Positions 1 through 10,829 of a stretch of 64,000 nt of DNA are shown piece by piece. The stretch lies in the NCBI GenBank assembly GCA_001600695.1, contig BCKQ01000001.1, positions 1,873,671 to 1,937,670 on the forward strand. Reading direction: 5' to 3'. The notes under the pieces are model-generated. The model ran no database searches. It had not been told where the DNA came from and saw nothing but the letters and a program-made list of their open reading frames with translations. The DNA is from Ascoidea asiatica JCM 7603. Lineage: Eukaryota; Fungi; Ascomycota. A program made the translations under genes and the position numbers. Position 1 is the first letter of the stretch; each line of letters opens with the position of its first letter.

Positions 1-162
1 TGGTTCTAATTCAATCCAGTGTGCTTCTGCATTAGCTTCTGCATTAGCATCCCTTTTAACAACTGGTTGATTTGGTTCTAATTTAATCCAGTGAGGTGCT
101 GGGGCTGCATTTACTGAAATAAAAGAAATAGCTGCAATAATAAAAGTGGTTGAAAATTTCAT
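1..162 (-). CDS. Alpha-factor-like pheromone precursor (Kex2/Ste13-processed repeat protein), 5' part; continues beyond the window start
   Basis: Hand translation from ATG at 162: MKFSTTFIIAAISFISVNA-APAP-HWIKLEPNQPVV-KR-DANAEANAEA-HWIELEP. It has a signal peptide, a KR site, X-A/X-P dipeptide spacers and repeats resembling WHWLQLKPGQPMY. Absent from the ORF track. Confidence 0.88.
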   Translation of the reverse strand, partial: MKFSTTFIIAAISFISVNAAPAPHWIKLEPNQPVVKRDANAEANAEAHWIELEP

Positions 163-528
163 AATGATAAAGTTATAAGAATTAAAGGTATATTGTGATA
201 TATGTTATTATAAATGATTGAATTTATTAGGATATTGTTTTAATTTAATTTTAGGATATTGATCTAAAAAGAAAGAATATAATTATTTGATTTTTTATTA
301 GAAATAATTCATCATTTAAATATAAATTCAATTGATTGAAAATTACAATATATTTTCATCTTTATTTGGTTTCAGATTCATCTAAGATTATTAAATGATC
401 CAGTTTACTTTATTTCTTCTTCCACTTAACAAATGACATTTTTAATCGAATTGTGGATGGGTTATTATTAAATGAGACGGTAAAGCCTAACAATTTTTGC
501 AAATAATTCAAAAAGCTTTATTTTTCAC

Positions 529-544
529 TTTCCTAATCGGGAAT
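529..544. promoter_or_regulatory. Mcm1-type site upstream of the pheromone gene
   Basis: TTTCCTAATCGGGAAT (CC-N6-GG with typical flanks), about 370 bp upstream of the ATG at 162. Confidence 0.55.
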
Positions 545-1195
545 TCAAAGGAATATCGAAGACTATCATGTTTGAAATTATGCGATTGATAAATTTAAAT
601 TCACAATCCACTAATTATTATATGAAATTGTACCTTATTTTGATATAATATTGATCAATAAAATCAAAAACAGCCAATTTAATTCAAAAAAATCGAACTT
701 TTCCTACAGGAAAAAAAACTTGAAACTATTTTCAAAGGCTAATCATCAGTAGGGTTGATAACCGTCAAAATTTTGAAATATTAATATTGGATAGAATTGG
801 TTTGTAATATTTGCTTTCAAATATGGTTGTCACAGGTTAACTTTATCCAAAAAAAATAAAAAAAAACTGTTACTTCACAAAACAAAAGAATAAATAATGT
901 TTGAATGTTCTTTTGGATTCTAATACATCTCAATAAGGGAAAATTGGTAATAATTTTTTAAATTCAAAATACTAATAATTAATAATTCATTTTCTTCCAA
1001 GATGAATAGTTGATTTATTTTCTGAGACATAATTTTTCAAAACTGATACAGAGCTATTTTTCAAAAAAGATTTTTTAATGTCAATATTCTTTTTGTCGGA
1101 GAAATAGAGTATGTTATTGAAAGCAATTGAAAAAATATTAGCAAATATAAAATAAATTTTTAACAATAAGTAAATAATTAAGTCTATAGAAGTTT

Positions 1196-2347
1196 TTACA
1201 TTATCTTTGGTATTTGATTTTTAACATCATTAAAATCGTTAATTGCAACGTTTAACACAGGTTCTAAAAGGTCATCAGTATTTCCGGAAGCTTCAAGACA
1301 AAAAGATTTATTTTTGATAATATTATCAATAAATTTATTCAATTGTGTTGGTCCAAAATTTATGTATTTGTTCGCCTTTAATTTTCCACTCAAATGCTGA
1401 ATATTTGAAACAAAATCTACAACTTTATCACAATTATTGACGAGATTTGAAATTAGTTTATTTGAATCATTCATAACTAATTCACTCTCATAATTCGTCA
1501 ATACAGGTTTAATCAATGTAGAATTGAATTTATAGTTAATATCGTTTTTAATGAAATCATTTAGCCTTGAATTAACATAATTAAAATATTTTGAATGAAA
1601 TGGTAAAATCAAAGGTAATTCAATAATTTTAAGTCTCTTGATATTCAATTTTTTTTTCATTTGTTCAATTTCGGTTTCAATTTGGTCATTTTTGTCTTCT
1701 CCAGTTATAACTATCTGAGAATATGAATTAATATTACTTGGATAAATGCTAATATCTTTTTGATTGAATAAATATTCTCTTATATACCCAAAAGATTTTG
1801 CATTAAACAATAAGCAAATCATTTTAAATTTTTTATTCTCTTTAATAACTTCTTCCATTAATAATCCTCTTTTATTCACCAATTTTAAACCATCTTCAAA
1901 ATTAATCAACTTGTTGAAATACAAAGCATTATATTCACCAACTGAATGTCCAATTATAAAATCCACTTTATCAATTATATTAAAATTAAAATATTTTTTT
2001 AAAACCAAATCTATAATTACATTAGATAAAAAACTACTTGGTTGAATTTTTGATGTTTGTAAGAAATACTCTTTATGATTTTCACTATCGAGTAAATTAT
2101 TTACAAAATTTGAGTCACTTAAAATTTCATTACTTTGTTTCAATATTGGCTCTATAAAATTATTTCTTTCTTTATCATATTTAATAAATTCATTTAAAAA
2201 AGTGAAATTGATATTTCCTTGACCTGGAAATGTTAATACTGTTTTACCTTCTTTACCGGTAGATGTTTGACTGAGTGTGGATAATGGATTTGACGATTTT
2301 AATTTGTTTGGCAATCTAATTGTTTTCAAATTAAGACTTTTTATCAT
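1196..2347 (-). CDS. MCT1: Mitochondrial malonyl-CoA:ACP transacylase
   Basis: FPGQG, GHSVGEY and PFHS motifs. The ORF track starts at TTG 2377; the first ATG is at 2347 and is followed by a basic presequence. Confidence 0.85.
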   Translation of the reverse strand: MIKSLNLKTIRLPNKLKSSNPLSTLSQTSTGKEGKTVLTFPGQGNINFTFLNEFIKYDKERNNFIEPILKQSNEILSDSNFVNNLLDSENHKEYFLQTSKIQPSSFLSNVIIDLVLKKYFNFNIIDKVDFIIGHSVGEYNALYFNKLINFEDGLKLVNKRGLLMEEVIKENKKFKMICLLFNAKSFGYIREYLFNQKDISIYPSNINSYSQIVITGEDKNDQIETEIEQMKKKLNIKRLKIIELPLILPFHSKYFNYVNSRLNDFIKNDINYKFNSTLIKPVLTNYESELVMNDSNKLISNLVNNCDKVVDFVSNIQHLSGKLKANKYINFGPTQLNKFIDNIIKNKSFCLEASGNTDDLLEPVLNVAINDFNDVKNQIPKIM

Positions 2348-2540
2348 TATACTTCTTTCTGCTGTTATATGAATCAAAGGAGAATCCTTAGTTTTTTGAT
2401 TATTTTATGTTTCTTTTATTTTTATTTTATTTTTAATTATATAAATATATATTATAAGAATTGAAATTTTGTAGACCGATAAAAATATATTGAATTGAAT
2501 ATAATTTAATTCAATTCCGCGATTGATTTTGATTGATTGA

Positions 2541-4340
2541 TTATGATGAATTTTCGTTTCTTAATTTTTCAAATTTATGAATTTCATCGAAAAAAGGTAA
2601 TTTTAATGCTCTTTCTGCAGATATTCTTTTATTTGAATATAAATTAAAACATTCTTTTAATAATTCTAAAGCATTTTTGAATTCATAACCCATTTTATTA
2701 TCTTGAGTTGTACCATTTTCGTTTAAACCTTGAAAAGTTTCTTCAATTGCAACTGAGTCTGTTGGTAATGTTTGACTTTCTTTTTCAGTATTAATTGCCC
2801 AATAAATAATTTCACCCATTGAATAACCAGAACCTTTTAAAGTCATTAAAGAAGATTCTAAACCTAAACCATGTAAAGCTGCGACTTTTTTCATTTTATT
2901 CAAACCAAATAAAGAAGTTAATTCAACTAGAGCATCAACATCATCAGGAGAATTAAAAAAAGGATATCTTCTACTTAATAAAGTTAATAATATTACACCA
3001 CAAGACCATATATCAATTTTAGTTGTTTGATTTGGACATTTGAATAAAACTTCAGGAGATCTAAAACCTCTAGTACCAGCTCTATTTGCTCTTCTACCAG
3101 GTCTTGAATCATCTTTTGGATAACCTTTTGAATTTGCTTTTGATTTTGTAATTGTATCTAAAGGTAAACCACCTTTAACACATGGACATATATAATTATT
3201 TTTATTTTTTGATTCTTCTGGAGTGTATTCTTTTTCAGCTAAACCAAAATCAACTAAAATTCCTCTTTTTTTAAAAGGATCATATAAAAAATTAGTTGGT
3301 TTAATATCTCTATGAATAATTTTTTTTGAATGAACAAAATATAAAGCTTGTAATAATTCAAACATATAAATTTTAACACCGTTAATTGGTAAATCTCTAA
3401 AATAATCTCTAAAATCAGCATGATTATAATATGGTATCACAGCTATAATTTGATCTTGAAATCTTAAAGCATCTAATAAAGGAGCAACTCTTTTACAACC
3501 TGTTAAAGTATATAATAATTGCAATTCATTAAATATTCTTTGAGGACTTGAAGTTACATATATTCTTTTTAACGCTACAATTTTATATTTTTTTTTTTTT
3601 TTTGAATTGAGATTATTATTTGAAGTATTTGAAATATTTGAACTAATCGAAGTTTCACTTGATTGTTTTGAAGAAATTTTTTGTTTTTTTTTGTGAGGAG
3701 TAATTATTATATCCTTGTTATTATCATTATTATTATTATTTGTATTATTATAAAAAAATTCTGAAACATTATTTAAATCAAAAGCTTTATAAACAGAAGA
3801 AAAAGTACCTTCACCAATTTTATCTAATAAATAATATTTTTCTTTTAGGCCTGGAAAAGTTGAATTTAATTCATGAATTTCACTGATTATTTCATTTGGT
3901 ATAAATTCAGTTGATTTCGAACCATTGATACCATTATGATATTTTACTTTCATTTTTGAATTATTTATATTTTTATCTATATTTATATCTGTGCTTATAA
4001 TTGTATTTATATTTATATTTGTATTGGCGGTTGATAATATTTTTGTCGATTTTGATTTTGGAGTATTTATATTCATGTATTGAGTAGAATCTTCATTTTG
4101 ATTATTCAAAAGAACATTATTTGAAGAGTTATTGATTGAATTAATTTGTAAACTTTCATTTTCACAAGGTTTTGAAGACGTTATTAATATTGGTATATTC
4201 TTATCAATTTTATTCTCATTTTCATTTTCATTTTCAATCTCAGATTCAGATTCATTTTCGGATTCATTTTCACTTTCAATATAATGTTTTTTTGATTTTG
4301 ATATGGAAATATCAGTTTCAACAATTGATGAAGATGTCAT
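2541..4340 (-). CDS. CDC7: DDK catalytic subunit, Cdc7 kinase
   Basis: KIGEGTFSSVYKA, VALKRIYVTSSPQRIFNEL, HRDIKPTNFL and RRANRAGTRGFRSPEVLFKC. Confidence 0.96.
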   Translation of the reverse strand: MTSSSIVETDISISKSKKHYIESENESENESESEIENENENENKIDKNIPILITSSKPCENESLQINSINNSSNNVLLNNQNEDSTQYMNINTPKSKSTKILSTANTNININTIISTDINIDKNINNSKMKVKYHNGINGSKSTEFIPNEIISEIHELNSTFPGLKEKYYLLDKIGEGTFSSVYKAFDLNNVSEFFYNNTNNNNNDNNKDIIITPHKKKQKISSKQSSETSISSNISNTSNNNLNSKKKKKYKIVALKRIYVTSSPQRIFNELQLLYTLTGCKRVAPLLDALRFQDQIIAVIPYYNHADFRDYFRDLPINGVKIYMFELLQALYFVHSKKIIHRDIKPTNFLYDPFKKRGILVDFGLAEKEYTPEESKNKNNYICPCVKGGLPLDTITKSKANSKGYPKDDSRPGRRANRAGTRGFRSPEVLFKCPNQTTKIDIWSCGVILLTLLSRRYPFFNSPDDVDALVELTSLFGLNKMKKVAALHGLGLESSLMTLKGSGYSMGEIIYWAINTEKESQTLPTDSVAIEETFQGLNENGTTQDNKMGYEFKNALELLKECFNLYSNKRISAERALKLPFFDEIHKFEKLRNENSS

Positions 4341-4715
4341 TGAATTATTTCTTTTTATAATCTATTTTATATGATATTCCTTTGATTTTTTCTTTTTTTT
4401 TCAGTTTCTGAATCTGGGGATCTAATTTCTGAACTGAAAATCTATAATAGAAACAAACAGTGGGTTTTAAATTCTTCCAAATTATTTCAAAGACCTGCAA
4501 AGATATAACTCAAAAGAACTAAAAGAATTTGAATAAAATAATATTTAAAATAATATATAATTTTGATATTATTTGAATATATCTGGAATCAAAAGAAGTG
4601 AAAAGAGCTGCTCAAACGCGAAGAAACTTTTTAGCCTCTGCGAAATCAGCAAAAGTCAAAAATCAAAAAGAAAACAAAACAAAAACAAAACAGCAGAAAA
4701 AGAAGCACCCAAACC

Positions 4716-4733
4716 GAGACCAGAACTGCGGAT
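4716..4733. promoter_or_regulatory. Copy of the recurrent bipartite motif (GAGACCA-N6-CGGAT)
   Basis: GAGACCA gaactg CGGAT in the CDC7/oxygenase divergent promoter; the same architecture occurs at 26534, 42156 and 45567-45701. Confidence 0.55.
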
Positions 4734-5325
4734 GGCCTTCCTCTTCAGACCACGGCTAGCAAACTACTTTTATTACTAATAAGCAGTACTCCATCCAAAT
4801 CTCCAATATTTCAATATTTCAACATTTTAATATTTTAATATTTTAATATTCTAATATTCTGATATATTTATCGGATTATACCCCAGGAGGTGATTTTTAT
4901 TTTTTCTTCACGAAGCTGTTCACCTATCAAAAATGATTTCCCAATTGTTGTTCATCATGATTAATGATACCACCTTTCTTTCAGCAAATGATTTTGGAAT
5001 GCTTTGCTAGTCTCAGATCAACCACGACCACAGTTCCATTTACTCATTTCTAGAATGTTTCGAGCCACACTTATTAGGTTATTCAGATATTTAGATTCAA
5101 GATTCGAGATTATTAATTCATTCCTAAGTTTGCTTTCTTGGAGATCTCGAGTTAGATGTATTTATTATTCTTATGAATAACAAAAGGTTTTAGTGGAATT
5201 AGATTTTATTATAAAAGGGCTTATGATTAACCTCTTATGAAAAAGTTGTCAGTTGAGAAAAAATGTTAGATTATAATATTATAAATTAAAAGTATTGAAA
5301 AAAAGACCTATAGACTGTATTCAAA

Positions 5326-6636
5326 ATGATTCCAAAAGAATTCCAAGATTCAACAAATGTAGAATTTGATATTGAAAAATTAAGAACAAAATATATTCCA
5401 GATTTGAATATTGAAGAAATCGATAAAAAATATAATCTTAAAGAATATGCAAAAGCAAAACCAACTTTAAATAAACCCAGAAATATTTTAAAACTTTCAG
5501 TTATAGATTTTTCAAAATATAAAGAAGGTCCAGAAGGTCTTCAATCCAGAAAAGAATTAGCAAAAATCTTAGAAGATTCATTATCAACTATTGGTTTTTT
5601 TAATATTATAAATTTTGGTATGAATGATAAAGAATATGAAAAAATATTTTCAATAAGTCAATCAATTTTACAATTACCACAATCTGATAAACTTAAATAT
5701 CGTTCAGGTGCTTTAAAATCTGATGAAGAAGATAAAAAAAATTCAATTGGTGCTGAAAGAGCTTTTGGTTTTAAACCAAAAGGTTATTGGTCAATTAATA
5801 AAAAAGTTAATGATAATATTGAATTTTTTAATTTTAAAGATTTATTACATGATGATTATTTATTTGATTTTAAAAATAAAAATTATCCAGAAATTGCAAA
5901 AGCTCATTTACCTGAAATTGCAAATTATTATAGATTTTTACATTTTATAATTTTAAGAAAATTATTAAATTTATGTGATTTAATACTTAATTTACCTGAA
6001 GGTTATTTATGGGAAGATCATTTTAAAGTTATAAAAAATGATTTATTAAATTCTGGTGGTGGTAGAGGTAGATTGATGATTTATCACGGTTTAACAAAAG
6101 ATCAATATAAATTAACAAATAATACTCAATTAAGAGGACATTCTGATAGTTCTGCATTTACATTTATCAAAAGTTTTTCAGAAATTTATTGTTTACAAAT
6201 TAGAGATTATTATTCTGGGGAATGGAAATTTGTTGAACCAATAAAAAATTCAATTTGTGTTAATGTTGGTGATGCCTTTGAATTTTTAACAGGAGGATAT
6301 TTTAAATCTTCAATTCATAGAGTTGTTGCACCACCAATTGATCAAATAAATTTTAAAAGAATCTCATTAATATATTTTTCAAATTGTAAATTTACTTCAA
6401 TTATGGATCCTGATCATTTAAATTCAAAAAAATTAATTTCCTTAGGTTATAAAAAACCAAAAGATTGGGAAAGTATTCAATTTAAAGATTGGGCAAATGA
6501 AAAATCAAGATTATTTGGTCAAAAAGATTTAAATGATGTTGATGGTGATGAGCCAAAACCAGTAAAATTATTCGGTAGATTAGCAGAAAGATGGCATCAA
6601 GCTTATAAAACTGAATCAAAAATTACAAAATTATAA
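5326..6636 (+). CDS. 2-oxoglutarate/Fe(II)-dependent dioxygenase (IPNS/DIOX_N family), substrate unknown
   Basis: LSVIDFS...GFFNIINFG N-domain, HSD...H facial triad (GHSDS, SIHRVVAPP) and RxS (RISL). Confidence 0.9.
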   Translation: MIPKEFQDSTNVEFDIEKLRTKYIPDLNIEEIDKKYNLKEYAKAKPTLNKPRNILKLSVIDFSKYKEGPEGLQSRKELAKILEDSLSTIGFFNIINFGMNDKEYEKIFSISQSILQLPQSDKLKYRSGALKSDEEDKKNSIGAERAFGFKPKGYWSINKKVNDNIEFFNFKDLLHDDYLFDFKNKNYPEIAKAHLPEIANYYRFLHFIILRKLLNLCDLILNLPEGYLWEDHFKVIKNDLLNSGGGRGRLMIYHGLTKDQYKLTNNTQLRGHSDSSAFTFIKSFSEIYCLQIRDYYSGEWKFVEPIKNSICVNVGDAFEFLTGGYFKSSIHRVVAPPIDQINFKRISLIYFSNCKFTSIMDPDHLNSKKLISLGYKKPKDWESIQFKDWANEKSRLFGQKDLNDVDGDEPKPVKLFGRLAERWHQAYKTESKITKL

Positions 6637-8039
6637 TCAATTAAATACTATCTATTATTTATTCAAATATATATATATATCAATAAAAAAAAATACTTAT
6701 TAATAAACACTTATTAATATATACTTTTCAATAAACTCTTGAACATTTTCAATCACTATTTGCTTCATTTTTTATAAAAGTATGCAATTTATTCACTCAA
6801 CTGAGGAAATAGCACGTGAGTTTCGGAATTTGAACCGTGTTTGGATTTAAAGAATCTCATTGCGCTCGATAGTAAACTTTATGTATAGAATACTTTATGC
6901 ATAAAAACATTAGCTTACTTTAGCTCTTAAACTTCTACAACCTTAAATCAAAGATTAAGATTTTCTTGCATTAAAATCTGCATCTGTAGAAAGCTGTATA
7001 CAAAGCTTACGGGTGTTTGAATTCGCAGAGAATCTTACAGACTCCTGTTAGCAGGGGTAAGAAATTCATGAATCAAACGAGCACCCCCGTTGAACACCCC
7101 CCATCAAGAGCTGAATTTTGGGAAAAGGAACTGAATTGATTCGGTTTCCAAAAATTCATTGGTTTTTCTAGACTCAAATTTCTAGGATTACCTGAAATTA
7201 TTAACCTTTTTTTGTCTAAATTTTTAGAAGAATGTTTCAATTTATTCTCTTATTTGTTCTTTTCAACTGGAAGTCTTTGAAATCATTTATATATTTGAAA
7301 GTACGAAAGCATAGTTACTTACAAATAGTCCTTATTGTCATTTTCAATCCCTGCTTTCCGTTCAATAAGTTAAGATAGGTTTTGTACTGTAAAGTTATGA
7401 GGCCCTTCAAATATAATACATAGTATACTGTATATTAGATAATACATACTATCATTTCAAAACCTCTTTTCAGTATATTTCTGGGCAATTTAATGAATTT
7501 ATTCAAGCCTTAAGTAGATTTGATTCTTTCAAGTTATTGTGGTTTGATGATCAATTTGATCATCTAGACAATAATGCTGGGCAAACTAATTCAAAAAATG
7601 TAAAAGAGAAAAAATAAAACTATTTAAATGCAATAATAGCCTTTGACTGTTTTATTTGGTAGTGATTTTTTTAAGTTATTGCTAATCAATTAAAAGGAAA
7701 TACAAAGAAAGAAATTTATAAAGAAAAAGTTGAATATTGAATAAATAAATAAATATGAAGTTGACTGAATTAGAATCAAGTGATAACTAATTAGGAAGTA
7801 CGAAATGAATAAGAATTAAATAAAAAGTAAATGAAAACTAAAGTATACTAAAATAGATGAATTGCTATAAAAAAAAAACGTAAGATTTTTTTGAGTAGCA
7901 TCTGTAAATCTATGCTAATAAGAAATAAAAGGTTGTAAAAAATGACAAATTAAAAGGAAAAAAAAAGGGTATCAATAGACTTTAAAAAACCAAATTATCT
8001 TTCACAAGCGTTTGAAAGACTATTCTTGTTATTGATTAT

Positions 8040-10829
8040 TTAATTACTGTTGTTATTATTATTCAAATGATCATTATTGTTAATCACAAAGTGCCGCTTA
8101 TTTTCATAAGAAATACTTTCATTAAAAGACGAATTTATATTAGGATTATTTTGATTATTATGATTATTACCAATATTACCGCCATTTAAAAAGGATGTAT
8201 TATTTCCATTATTATTAATAACTTGATTTTCCAGATTGTGATTATTATTTACTTGAACCAAATGTTGAGGAGCACCATAAGCATTAAAAAATTGATTATT
8301 AGAATTTTCATTTGAAGAAAATGGATGTGGTTGAGGAACTCCAAAGGAATTTGAATAAGTCGGAGTATTAAATGGATTTCTACTTTGATTTGGAGAAATG
8401 TGAGAAGTTTGCTGAAGTTGTAATATATTTTGACCAGAATATGATATGTTTGTAACGTTATCAGAAACTTGAGGCAGAAATTTTTGAAAAGAATCAATAT
8501 TTTTATTAACATTACTGAGGTTTTGTTGATTATTGTTAATATTGTTATTGTTATTATTATTATTATTATTATTGATAGCATAGTGGTTATAATAATTGGT
8601 TGGTATTTGATTTTGAGCAATGTTCAGATTCATATTCATATGCATATTTAAGTTTGGATTTATATTTGCTCCTAGATTTGAATTACCATTATATAATGGT
8701 TGAACGTGATAATACTGTGAAGAATTTATAGAATGAGAGTGTATTATATTTCCATTATAATCATAAAGAATATTATTATTTCCATTACTATTAGTTATAA
8801 AATTTGAGTTTATGTTACTGAAATTTATAGGTACTTGTGTTAAGTTTGAAGTATTCTGATTTGAATTATTCATGGATAAAAGTTTTTCTTGAGAAGCAAA
8901 GATATTTTTATTTTCAATAGGATCATTAGTTTTAGTAATTTTTTGACTATTATTATTGTTAAGACTATTAACATTAATATCTTTACGATTATTATTATCC
9001 GAGGTAATTTTATTAAGATTTCTATATTTCAAATTATCTAAAGGTCTTTCACCCATAGAATTAATTAAAGATTTTTGAACTTTCATATTCAATGTTTTTC
9101 CATATTTAGATTTAAAGAAATCATTAATTGCATTTTCAAAATTAAAGGCACAAAGTATAATTCTCGAATTATCATTTAAATCTAAAATTCCATTTAATAA
9201 ATCTCTTTTTAAAATTCTTTCTTCTGTATATAAAGCAGAAGTTGTAGTTCTTGGCAATAGATAAATTCTCATATCAGATTTATATCTTGGTCTTGCTACA
9301 TTTTTTTTTAAAAAAGTTGTTGAAGGTCTATCACCAATTTTACCAATTGTATTAAATTTATCATTTGAAATCTGTTTATCAAGTATTTTTTGTTTTTCAG
9401 AAGGAGTATATAATTTATTATCATCATCATCAGTAAGGTATAAATTGCCTGGCATTGCAGTTTCCAATTTCAACAAAACTGCACCACCTGCTTCATTTGC
9501 AGCAGCTCTGGTAACTCTAATTAAAGAGTACTCTTTTAAATTGAATAAGGAATAAATAGACTCATCGATGGTATTGAAAACAGAAACTTTATTTTTCTCA
9601 GAACTTATTTCAGATTTTTTACTCTTATTCTTGTTTTCATTTATACTTTTAGTTTGTTTTTTTCTTTGATATTTTTTTTTATTTTGATTGTTAAAAGAAG
9701 TGATTGAATTGGAAGTTGAAGAAAATAAAGTAAAATTACGTTCAACTTCCTTTTCCTTTTCATTTTCTTCTTCTGGTTTTTTGTTTTCTTTTTGTTTTTG
9801 TTTTTCTTGATTTTCTTCCTTCTGTTTTTGATTTTGAATATCTTTTTCTTCTTGACTATTTTTCTCAATATATTTAACAGATTTTATATTTAATGGATTA
9901 GTAAATTTGAATTTTTTATTTGAAAAATCAATTGATTGTAATTCTTGATTTGTTAATGATTGATTATTACCATTTTTAAGAGTATAAATAGTTTTAGCAG
10001 AAGCATCAGTAACTAAAGTTGAATATAAAATTGCTAAAGATTGAACTAAAGCTAATCTGATATTTGTTTCTGGATTTAAAGGTCTACCTTGAGGTCTTGA
10101 AGCGCCGGTGCGCCGCTGAACAGCAACAGAAGATCTTCTGCTTATTGGTCTTTTTCTTCTTGATAATTTAACAATTTGATCAGAAGAATTAATTTGATCT
10201 AATTCTGTTGAGTTTCTACTGTTGTTTGAAGTAGAAGTAGAAGTAGAAGTAGAAGTAGAAGTAGAAGTAGAATTTGAATTTGAATTTGAATTTGATATTG
10301 CATTTGAAATCAAATGTTCATTTGAGTTTGAATTAGAATTGACTCTTGAATTAGAATTAGAATTTACCTTTGAATTTGAAATGGAATTGGTATTTAAAGA
10401 AGAAACTGAAGAAAGTCTTTTAATTTTATTTAAATTACTTGGATTTATAATATTATTTGAATTATTTAAGTTATTTGAAGTATTTGGATGAATTTCATTA
10501 TTTAAATTGTTATTTAATTGTAAATGAGCATTATTATAATTGAAATTTGAATAATTTGTATAATTTTGATAATTCTGATAATTTGGATAATTATAAGTAT
10601 TATTTATATAATTGTTTGGATAAGTAGTATTATTATAATATGTGTTATTAGGATATATATTATTAGGATAATTATAGTTATTGTGATTATGATGAGATGA
10701 ATTAATTGAATTGATTGAATTGATTGAATTGATTGAATTTTCTAAAGGTTGTTGATGGTTATTTATATTCATATTTGATATTGGAGGTAATCTTAAAGAT
10801 TGATTTTTTTTATTACTTTCATTATTCAT
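8040..10829 (-). CDS. Uncharacterised 929-aa Asn/Gln-rich protein, putative transcriptional regulator
   Basis: Long ORF with host codon usage. It has a basic segment (RRKRPISRR..RPQGRP), ordered central blocks (aa ~250-600), low-complexity termini and a 4.6-kb upstream intergenic region. Family not recognised. Confidence 0.7.
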   Translation of the reverse strand: MNNESNKKNQSLRLPPISNMNINNHQQPLENSINSINSINSINSSHHNHNNYNYPNNIYPNNTYYNNTTYPNNYINNTYNYPNYQNYQNYTNYSNFNYNNAHLQLNNNLNNEIHPNTSNNLNNSNNIINPSNLNKIKRLSSVSSLNTNSISNSKVNSNSNSRVNSNSNSNEHLISNAISNSNSNSNSTSTSTSTSTSTSTSNNSRNSTELDQINSSDQIVKLSRRKRPISRRSSVAVQRRTGASRPQGRPLNPETNIRLALVQSLAILYSTLVTDASAKTIYTLKNGNNQSLTNQELQSIDFSNKKFKFTNPLNIKSVKYIEKNSQEEKDIQNQKQKEENQEKQKQKENKKPEEENEKEKEVERNFTLFSSTSNSITSFNNQNKKKYQRKKQTKSINENKNKSKKSEISSEKNKVSVFNTIDESIYSLFNLKEYSLIRVTRAAANEAGGAVLLKLETAMPGNLYLTDDDDNKLYTPSEKQKILDKQISNDKFNTIGKIGDRPSTTFLKKNVARPRYKSDMRIYLLPRTTTSALYTEERILKRDLLNGILDLNDNSRIILCAFNFENAINDFFKSKYGKTLNMKVQKSLINSMGERPLDNLKYRNLNKITSDNNNRKDINVNSLNNNNSQKITKTNDPIENKNIFASQEKLLSMNNSNQNTSNLTQVPINFSNINSNFITNSNGNNNILYDYNGNIIHSHSINSSQYYHVQPLYNGNSNLGANINPNLNMHMNMNLNIAQNQIPTNYYNHYAINNNNNNNNNNNINNNQQNLSNVNKNIDSFQKFLPQVSDNVTNISYSGQNILQLQQTSHISPNQSRNPFNTPTYSNSFGVPQPHPFSSNENSNNQFFNAYGAPQHLVQVNNNHNLENQVINNNGNNTSFLNGGNIGNNHNNQNNPNINSSFNESISYENKRHFVINNNDHLNNNNNSN

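Noticed and set aside
6810-6850. B-box-like GGTTCAAATTCC on the minus strand (possible tRNA relic)
   Set aside because: No T-stem pairing, A-box or cloverleaf could be built
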